This document shows positions 54,862-64,000 of a stretch of DNA of 64,000 nucleotides, piece after piece; the stretch's first letter is position 1; each line of letters starts with the position of its first letter. The translations under genes were made by a program, and so were the position numbers. The DNA is from Pseudomonadota bacterium (GTDB lineage: Bacteria > Pseudomonadota > Gammaproteobacteria > Steroidobacterales > Steroidobacteraceae): contig JBBCGD010000002.1 in the NCBI GenBank assembly GCA_037200665.1, positions 252,161 through 316,160 of the forward strand, in the 5' to 3' direction. A model generated the notes under the pieces. That model saw nothing but the letters and a program-made list of their open reading frames with translations. It searched no databases and was not told where the DNA came from.

Positions 54862-54865
<4 letters not shown>

Positions 54866-55689
54866 CGACCTGCTGCTGCGGGCGACCGAAGAAGCGCTCG
54901 GAAGAATCCGTCCTGGCTCTTGAACTCGTAGGACTCGCCCGGGAAGTTCTGCTGGAACACCTTGATGGCGTTGTCGGCGAGGTCCTCGTAGTTGAGCTCG
55001 CGGTAGCACACGATCATGATGCGCAGCGCGTCCTTGGTGGCCGGTGCGCCGTCGTACTGCTCGATGGCCTGGCGTGGCGCGCTGTGCGCCCGCCACCCAT
55101 GCACCGCGTTCCATGTAGTAGTTCGCGACCCGCAGCTCGAAATCCGCCAGGCGGTTGCGCAGGTAGACCACGCGGCGCGTGCATCGGTCGCGTAGATGCT
55201 GGTCGGGTACTTGGTGACCACCGTGCGCAGCGCATCGATGGCATCGCGCGCCGTCTGCGGCGGCCGTGCGTTCGGGTCGCCGCCCAGCCACAGCTCGATC
55301 TTGTACGGCGTGCGCTCGAAATCGACTAGGCCGCGCAGGTAATACGCGTAGTCGATGTGCGGGTGCTGGGGGTTTTCCTTGATGAAGGTGTCGGCCGCAT
55401 CGCGCGCCGATTCCTTCTCATCCAGCTTGTAGTAGGCGTAGATGACGTCGAGGCGCGCCTGCCGGGCTTCGGGCGTGAACGGATAGCGCGCGGTCAGCGC
55501 CTCGTAGTTGTCGACGGCTGAGGTGAAGTCGTGCGCGCGCAGCGCGCGGCGGCCGCGGTCGTACAGCTCCGACGGCGGGTACTTCGACAGCTTCTGGAAC
55601 TGGCCCTTGTTGGACGCGCAGCCGGCGAGCAGCACGAGGCACAGGGGAATGAGCAGCAGCGCACGACGCGTGGTGAGTAATGGCATCAC
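54862..55689 (-). pseudogene. bamD: Outer membrane protein assembly factor BamD (ComL/YfiO), with two compensating frameshifts as read
   Basis: Lipobox LLAGC and TPR-like repeats. The central segment is out of frame in ORF 54862..55689, but an overlapping frame gives the expected RRVVYLRNRLADFELRVANYYMERGAWVAGAQRA. Divergent from rluD, as in E. coli. Confidence 0.85.
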
Positions 55690-55704
55690 GGTAGTATAGA
55701 CGCA

Positions 55705-56667
55705 ATGACTGCCCCAGCCTCCCAGCTCGAACTAAGCGTTACATTGCCCGGAAGCCCTGCCGGCCAGCGGCTGGACCAGGCCCTGGCACTGGCATTCCCC
55801 CAGTACTCGCGCTCGCGCCTCGCGGCCTGGATCAAGGACGGGTCCGTGGCGCTGGATGGCCGGCCCGCGCGACCCCGCGATTCGGTATACGGCGGCGAAC
55901 AGGTGGTACTGAAGGCCACGGTGGTGAGCGACGAACGCGTCGCCGCCGAGCGCATGCCGCTGGTCATCCGCCATCGCGATGCTCACGTTTTTGTAATCGA
56001 CAAGCCTGCCGGCCTCGTGGTGCATCCGGGTGCCGGCAATCGCGCCCATACCTTGCAGAACGGCTTGCTGGCGCTGGATCCGAAGCTGGCGCAGGTGCCG
56101 CGCGCCGGCATCGTGCACCGGATCGACAAGGACACCAGTGGCCTGCTGGTCGTGGCGCGCACGCTCGAAGCGCACACCGCGCTGGTCGAAGCGTTGCGCG
56201 AACACGAAGTGCAGCGTGAATACCTCGCGCTATGCGTCGGCGCGCTGACCGGCGGCGGCACCATCGACAAGCCCATCGACCGGCATCGCACCGACCGGCT
56301 GCGCATGGCGGTGCGTGCCGATGGCAAGGAGGCCATCACCCACTACCGCCTCGAGGAACGCTATCCGCGCCACACGCTGCTGCGCGTGATCCTCGAAACC
56401 GGGCGCACGCACCAGATCCGCGTGCACCTTGCGCACATCAGCCATCCGCTGGTGGGCGATCCGCTGTATGGCGGAAGGCGCCAGCTCGTGGGCGGCCTGT
56501 CGGAGGAGGAGCGTGCCGCGCTGGCCGCGTTCCGTCGCCAGGCGCTGCATGCCGCGAAACTCGAGTTCGCGCACCCGGTCAGCGGCAAGACCATCACGGT
56601 GGAATCGCCCATGCCGGCGGATTTCTCCGCGCTGCTCAAGGTGATGCGCGGGAGTGCGCGCGCGTGA
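55705..56667 (+). CDS. rluD: 23S rRNA pseudouridine(1911/1915/1917) synthase RluD
   Basis: S4 domain followed by the catalytic HRIDKDTSGLLVVA and GRTHQIRVHL motifs. Intact, 320 aa. Confidence 0.92.
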   Translation: MTAPASQLELSVTLPGSPAGQRLDQALALAFPQYSRSRLAAWIKDGSVALDGRPARPRDSVYGGEQVVLKATVVSDERVAAERMPLVIRHRDAHVFVIDKPAGLVVHPGAGNRAHTLQNGLLALDPKLAQVPRAGIVHRIDKDTSGLLVVARTLEAHTALVEALREHEVQREYLALCVGALTGGGTIDKPIDRHRTDRLRMAVRADGKEAITHYRLEERYPRHTLLRVILETGRTHQIRVHLAHISHPLVGDPLYGGRRQLVGGLSEEERAALAAFRRQALHAAKLEFAHPVSGKTITVESPMPADFSALLKVMRGSARA

Positions 56668-57439
56668 GTTCGGCGTTGCCGCTGGTCAGCGTGGAGTGGC
56701 GCGCGCCGCGCGGCGTGCACGCGCTGGTCACGATGCGCGCGGGTGGCGTGAGCAATGCGCCGATGGATGCGCTGAATCTCGCCACGCACGTGGGCGATGC
56801 GCCTGAAGCCGTCGCGGAAAACCGGCGCCGCCTGCGCGCGGCGGCGGGTCTCGTCCACGAGCCCGCGCTGGTTGCAGCAGGTGCACGGCGTCGACGTGGC
56901 GGATCTCGATTCCCTGCCTGAAGGAAGCATTCCGCAGGCGGATGCCGCGGTGACCACTCGTGCCGATACACCCTGCGCCGTGCTGACGGCGGATTGCCTG
57001 CCGGTACTGCTCGCCGCCGCCGACGGTTCGGCCGTGGCCGCGGCGCATGCCGGATGGCGCGGCCTCGCTGCGGGAGTACTCGACACGACGCTCAGCGCAT
57101 TGCGTGCGCGGATGAGCGGCGACGACGTCATCGCATGGCTCGGCCCTGCCATCAGCGCGCGCCATTTCGAAGTGCGCGACGACGTACGCGCCGCCTTCCT
57201 CGCCACCGACGCACGCAACGATGCCGCGTTCACCCCGCGGCCGCGAAGGCCACTGGCAATGCGACCTGCCGCAACTGGCGCGGCGCCGACTGGCCGCGCT
57301 CGGCGTTACCGAAGTCGGCGACAGCGCCGCCTGCACCTATGCCGAAGAGCAGCGCTTCTTCTCCCACCGTCGCGACGTGCAGCACCGGGGCTTCGCCACG
57401 ACCGGCCGCATCGCGACCCTCATCTGGCGGCAGTCATGA
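56664..57439 (+). pseudogene. pgeF: YfiH/PgeF (LACC1-family) purine nucleoside phosphorylase-like protein, frameshifted as read
   Basis: The GTG at 56664 overlaps the rluD stop. Segments ...WLQQVHG..., TADCLPVLL..., AAAHAGWRGLAAGV and CTYAEEQRFFSHRRD lie in different frames (ORFs 56797.. and 57221..57439). Confidence 0.8.
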
Positions 57440-58255
57440 GTACATTGGCCTGGATCGTGGGTTTCCTGTTGTTTGGCGGCGTCGCCGGCGTGCTGGTCGC
57501 GAGCCTGTTCCTGCTGGTTCCGGAAAAAGTACGCAGCCGCGCGCTGCCACTGCTCGTTGCGTTCGCGACTGGCGCATTGCTGGCGGCGGCACTGCTCGGC
57601 CTGTTGCCCGAGGCCGTCGAACTCGCGGGCCCTGGTCGCTACAGCGCAGTGGGTGCGGCGCTGCTGGGTGGCATCGGGCTGTTCTTCATCCTCGAGAAGC
57701 TCGTCATCTGGCGGCACTGCCACGCGGCCGATTGCGAAACGCATACGCCGGGCCATGATCACGGGCACGACCACGGTCCATCTGCATGGCCACGATGCGC
57801 AGGCGCGCGCGCCCGGCGCGATGCTGCTGGTGGGCGAGACCATCCACAACATGCTGGATGGCGTGCTGATCGCGGCGGCGTTCCTGATCGACATCAATCT
57901 CGGCGTGATGACCGGACTTGCGGTGCTGGCGCATGAAGTGCCCAGTGAAGTGGGCAATTTCGCGGTGCTGCTCAACAGCGGCCTGTCGCGCCGGCAGGCA
58001 TTCCGCTGGAACCTCACCGCCGCACTGGGCGCGGTGTGCGGCGGCATCGTGGGTTATTTCACGCTGTCCTCGCTGCGGCCAGTGCTGCCGTATGCGCTGG
58101 CGGTCTCGGCGGCGAGCCTGCTGTATGTTGCGGTGGCGGATCTCATCCCCGGCCTGCACCGGCGCGTGGATGCACGCAGCGGTGTGTGGCAGGTGCTCTT
58201 GATCGGGGCCGGCGTGTCGCTGGTGGCGAGCGTGGAGTATTTCCTGCCGCACTAG
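57436..58255 (+). pseudogene. ZIP family divalent-metal transporter (ZupT-like), with one apparent frameshift near 57775 as read
   Basis: MSTLAWIVGFLLFGGVAGVL... with a His-rich loop (HTPGHDHGHDHG), then ORF 57473..58255 supplies HNMLDGVLIAAAF...LAVLAHEVPSEVGNFAVL. Confidence 0.8.
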
Positions 58256-58293
58256 AGCCGCGGAATCGGGCCTGCGCCCGGCGTACTTTCCCA

Positions 58294-58318
58294 TTGAATC
58301 GGCCAGCACCCACCCCAT
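58294..58318 (+). promoter_or_regulatory. Candidate sigma-32 (heat-shock) promoter of clpB
   Basis: cccaTTGAA, a 14-nt spacer, then CCCCATaa, against the consensus CCCTTGAA-N13-15-CCCCATnT. It ends 10 nt upstream of the clpB ATG. Confidence 0.55.
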
Positions 58319-58327
58319 AAAGCTGCC

Positions 58328-60910
<2,583 letters not shown>

Positions 60911-60944
60911 TAAAGCGCCTGCGGCGTCCGTATAATCCCGCGCC

Positions 60945-61349
60945 ATGCCGTTCTACGAATACCAGTGCAAGGCCTGCGGCGCGCAGACCGAAGTGCTGCA
61001 GAAGATCACCGACGCGCCACTGAAGAAATGTCCTGAATGCGGGAAGAACCAGCTGACCAAGCTGGTTTCCGCGCCGGTGTTCCGCCTGAAGGGCGGTGGC
61101 TGGTACGAGACCGACTTCAAGACCGACAAGGACAACAAGCGCAACCTCGTCGGGAGCGACAAGGCCGAGTCGAAGCCGGAGGAGAAATCCGAGACCAAGA
61201 CTGAAGCCAAGGCCGACACCAAGGCGGATGCGAAGCCTGAGGCGAAGGTCGAGTCGAAGCCTGAACCGAAGTCTGCTTCGAAATCCGCCGCGAAGCCGGT
61301 GCGCGCGAAAGCGCCGGCCAAAGCCAAGAGCAAGGCGAAGCGTCGATGA
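60945..61349 (+). CDS. FmdB-family zinc-ribbon protein with a low-complexity K/E/A/P tail
   Basis: MPFYEYQCKACGAQTEVLQKITDAPLKKCPECGKNQLTKLVSAPVFRLKGGGWY is the CxxC...CxxC FmdB ribbon. The tail reads KAESKPEEKSETKTEAKADTKADAKPEAK...AKAKSKAKRR. Confidence 0.8.
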   Translation: MPFYEYQCKACGAQTEVLQKITDAPLKKCPECGKNQLTKLVSAPVFRLKGGGWYETDFKTDKDNKRNLVGSDKAESKPEEKSETKTEAKADTKADAKPEAKVESKPEPKSASKSAAKPVRAKAPAKAKSKAKRR

Positions 61350-61993
61350 AGCGAATGCTGCGCTGGCTGCGGCGCTATCTGGTCACGGGCCTGCTGGTGT
61401 GGGTGCCGCTGGGCGTAACGCTGCTGACGTTCCGCTTCCTGCTCGATCTTGCCGACGAGATCCTGCCGCTGCTGCCGGCGCCCTGGCAGCCGGATGCGGT
61501 GCTCGGCTTCCACGTGCCGGGCTTCGGCGTGATCTTCGCGCTGGTGGTGCTGCTGGGCACGGGCATCCTGCTGCGCAACCTCATCGGCTCGACGCTGGTG
61601 GGCTGGTGGGAAGACCTGATGAATCGCATCCCGCTGGTGCGGTCGATCTATTCGGGCGCCAAGGGCATCACCGAGACGCTGGTGTCGGACAAGGGCAGCT
61701 CCTTCAGCAAGGTGGTGCTCATCGAGTATCCGCGCCGTGACATGTGGAGCATCGGCTTCGTCACGGCCAGCGACGTGCCGGACATCGATCGGGTGGTCGG
61801 CGAGAAGCTGGTGTGTGTGTACGTGCCCACAACGCCGAACCCCACCTCCGGGCTCATCGTGTATGTACCGGACTCGCAGGTGCGCGAGACCGACATGTCC
61901 GTGGATGGCGCGATGAAGATGGTGGTGACCATGGGCATGGTGATGCCGCCGCCGAAGCTGCCCGTCGACGCGCTGCCACCGCCCTCTGCATGA
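61346..61993 (+). CDS. DUF502 family membrane protein
   Basis: 215 aa. MLRWLRRYLVTGLLVWVPLGVTLLTFRFLLDLAD... followed by a second TM helix and the conserved ...IGFVT...VYVPTTPNPTSG block. The start overlaps the upstream stop. Confidence 0.7.
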   Translation: MKRMLRWLRRYLVTGLLVWVPLGVTLLTFRFLLDLADEILPLLPAPWQPDAVLGFHVPGFGVIFALVVLLGTGILLRNLIGSTLVGWWEDLMNRIPLVRSIYSGAKGITETLVSDKGSSFSKVVLIEYPRRDMWSIGFVTASDVPDIDRVVGEKLVCVYVPTTPNPTSGLIVYVPDSQVRETDMSVDGAMKMVVTMGMVMPPPKLPVDALPPPSA

Positions 61994-63356
61994 GCCGCGC
62001 CGCGCTCGCGGCGCTGGTGGAACGCGAGCGCGCGGACTATCTCGCCGCGCGGCCGCGCGGCCGCGCTCCGTGCAACTGGCGCGTGAGGCTGCGCCGCATT
62101 TCCTGGCCAGCGTTCCCATGCACTGGATGCGCGACTGGCCGATGCCGGTGCCGCTGTATGTGAGCGAGGCAAGCGAGGCTGAGCTCACCGATGTCGACGG
62201 CCATCAATACGTCGATTTCTGCCTCGGCGACACGGGCGCAATGTTCGGCCACTCGCCGCCTGCCGTTGCGATGGCGATTGCCGCGCAGGCGTCGCGCGGC
62301 CTCACGACCATGCTGCCTTCCGCGCTGGTCGCCGAGGTCGGCGTGCGACTCGCGGATCTCTTCGGCCTCCCATACTGGCAGCTCACGCAAACCGCCACGG
62401 ATGCGAACCGCGCAGTACTGCGCCTGGCACGCATGATCACCAACAGGCCACGCGCGCTGGTGTTCGATGGCTGCTACCACGGCACCGTCGAAGAGACCAT
62501 GGTCACGCTGGGCGCGGATGGCGCGACGCTGCCACGCGCGGGGCAGGTCGGTCGCGCGCAGGACCCATCCCTGACCACCGTGGTCGCGGAGTTCAATGAC
62601 ATCGCCGCAGTGGAGCGCGCGCTGGCGCGCGGTGACATCGCCTGCGTGCTCACCGAGCCGGTGCTGACCAATGCCGGCATGGTGCTGCCGCAAGCCGGCT
62701 TCCTCGGAGCATTGCGCGCGGCCTGCACGCGCTACGGCGTGCCGCTCGCCATCGATGAAACGCACACGCTGTCATCGGGCTTCGGTGGCTATGCGCGCCT
62801 GCACGGCCTGGCTCCGGATTTCCTCGTCTGCGGCAAGGCCATCGCCGGCGGATTGCCCTGCGCGGTGTACGGCTATACGGATGAAATCGCCGCGCGCATC
62901 CGCGCCGCCGATGCGCAGCGCGAAAGGGGTCACTCCGGCATCGGCACCACGCTGGCCGCAAATCCGCTGGCCATCGCCGCATTGAACGCCAGCCTCGCCG
63001 GCGTCGTCACCGAGGCAAATCACGAATTGATGGAGCGCGGCGCGGCGCAGCTGGCGCACGGCGTGCAGGCGGCATTGAGTCGGCACGACACTGACTGGCA
63101 GGTGTCACGCGTGGGCGCAAGGCTGGAATTCGCGCGCGCCCCCGCACCGCGCACCGGACGCGAAAGCCTCGCCGCCATCGACCACGAGCTCGAGAACGCG
63201 CTGCACCTGTATCTTCTCAACCGTGGCTTCCTGCTCACGCCCTTCCACAACATGATGCTGGTATCGCCCGTGACCACCGGGCTGCAGATCGGCGCGTTCA
63301 TCGCAACCTTCGACGCCGCGCTGCTGGAGTTCGCGCCGTGGATGCGTGCCACATGA
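61990..63356 (+). pseudogene. Class-III (GSA-aminomutase-like) PLP-dependent aminotransferase, with one apparent frameshift near 62060 as read
   Basis: The ATG at 61990 gives MSRAALAALVERERADYLAARPR.., then shifts into ORF 62070..63356 (DVDGHQYVDFCLGDTGAMFGHSPP...IDETHT...CGKAIAGGLP). Confidence 0.7.
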
Positions 63357-64000
63357 ATGCCGAGCTCGACGCCTTCCTGCGACAGCATCCCGACATCGAT
63401 GCCGTGCAGCTGCTGCTGACGGATCCTTCCGGCATCACGCGCGGCAAGACCGTGCGCCGCCATGAGCTGGAGGCCTTGTTCGCGCAGGGTCGCAATGTCG
63501 CGGGTTCCATCCTCGGCCTCGATGTCAACGGTGCCGACGTGGAAGCCACTGGCCTCGTCTGGCAAGCCGGCGATGCCGACAAGCTGTGCCGGCCCGTGCC
63601 CGGCTCGCTCAAGCCCGCGCCCTGGCTCGAACGCACCGGCCAGGTGATGTTGTCGATGTACGAACTCGATGGCAGTACGCCCGCCGCGGCCGATCCGCGC
63701 CATGTGCTCGCCGCGATGGAGCATCGACTCGCGGCGCGTGGCTGGCATGCCGTGTTCGCCTGCGAGCTGGAGTTCTACCTGCTGCAGGCGCAGCCCGATG
63801 GTGGCTGGTTGCCTGCCGGATCGCAGACGCTGCAGCCAGGGCAGGGCGAGCGCATCGAAGCCTACAGCCTCGCGCGCCTGGATCAACTCGCACCGCTGTT
63901 CCGCGAACTGCTCGACCTCGCCACTGCGCAGGGTTTGCCGGCCGGCACGGTGATGTCCGAATACGCCGCAGGCCAGTTCGAGATCACGCTGCAGCATCGG
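63353..64000 (+). CDS. Glutamine synthetase family protein (gamma-glutamyl-polyamine synthetase-like), 5' part only; runs off the window end
   Basis: The ATG at 63353 overlaps the upstream stop. The GS beta-grasp N-terminal pattern is followed by ...FACELEFYLL... and ...MSEYAAGQFEITLQH (GS catalytic-domain motif). Confidence 0.75.
   Translation, partial: MNAELDAFLRQHPDIDAVQLLLTDPSGITRGKTVRRHELEALFAQGRNVAGSILGLDVNGADVEATGLVWQAGDADKLCRPVPGSLKPAPWLERTGQVMLSMYELDGSTPAAADPRHVLAAMEHRLAARGWHAVFACELEFYLLQAQPDGGWLPAGSQTLQPGQGERIEAYSLARLDQLAPLFRELLDLATAQGLPAGTVMSEYAAGQFEITLQHR

Overview
High-GC gammaproteobacterial chromosome segment. Gene order looks Xanthomonadales-like (petABC-sspAB, rnpB upstream of mraZ, lpxC-DUF721-M23-secA, pilSR next to sucCD); that placement is my inference from memory, with no search run. 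Most of the window is core housekeeping. It starts with kdsD (partial), ibaG, murA, a DegS/AlgW-like protease, petABC, sspAB, yraN-lpoA/rsmI, a signal-less PBP-like gene and RNase P RNA. A complete dcw cluster follows (mraZ-rsmH-ftsL-ftsI-murE-murF-mraY-murD-ftsW-murG-murC-murB-ddl-ftsQ-ftsA-ftsZ-lpxC). Then come a DUF721/DciA-like gene, an M23 peptidase, secA, mutT, yacG, zapD and coaE, and the type IV pilus locus (pilD-pilC-pilB ... pilA-pilR-pilS). The window ends with sucCD, nadE, bamD, rluD, pgeF, a ZIP transporter, clpB, an FmdB zinc-ribbon gene, a DUF502 gene, a class-III aminotransferase and a partial glutamine-synthetase-like gene. The only clearly accessory stretch is a lower-GC insert between pilB and pilA (about 41.3-47.0 kb). 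It encodes a Wzy_C (O-antigen ligase / O-oligosaccharyltransferase-like) membrane protein and two tandem paralogous membrane proteins of the alkaline-phosphatase superfamily (EptA/LtaS-like). I flag it as a candidate, uncharacterised pilin-modification module. A second major observation is technical. Two blocks (about 27.8-38.5 kb and 49.7-57.8 kb, plus one site near 62.06 kb) carry many 1-bp indels that break essential genes (ftsA, ftsZ, lpxC, secA, among others), while neighbouring blocks are clean. This looks like patchy sequence error, not real gene decay. I saw no tRNA, rRNA, CRISPR array, IS element or integrase.
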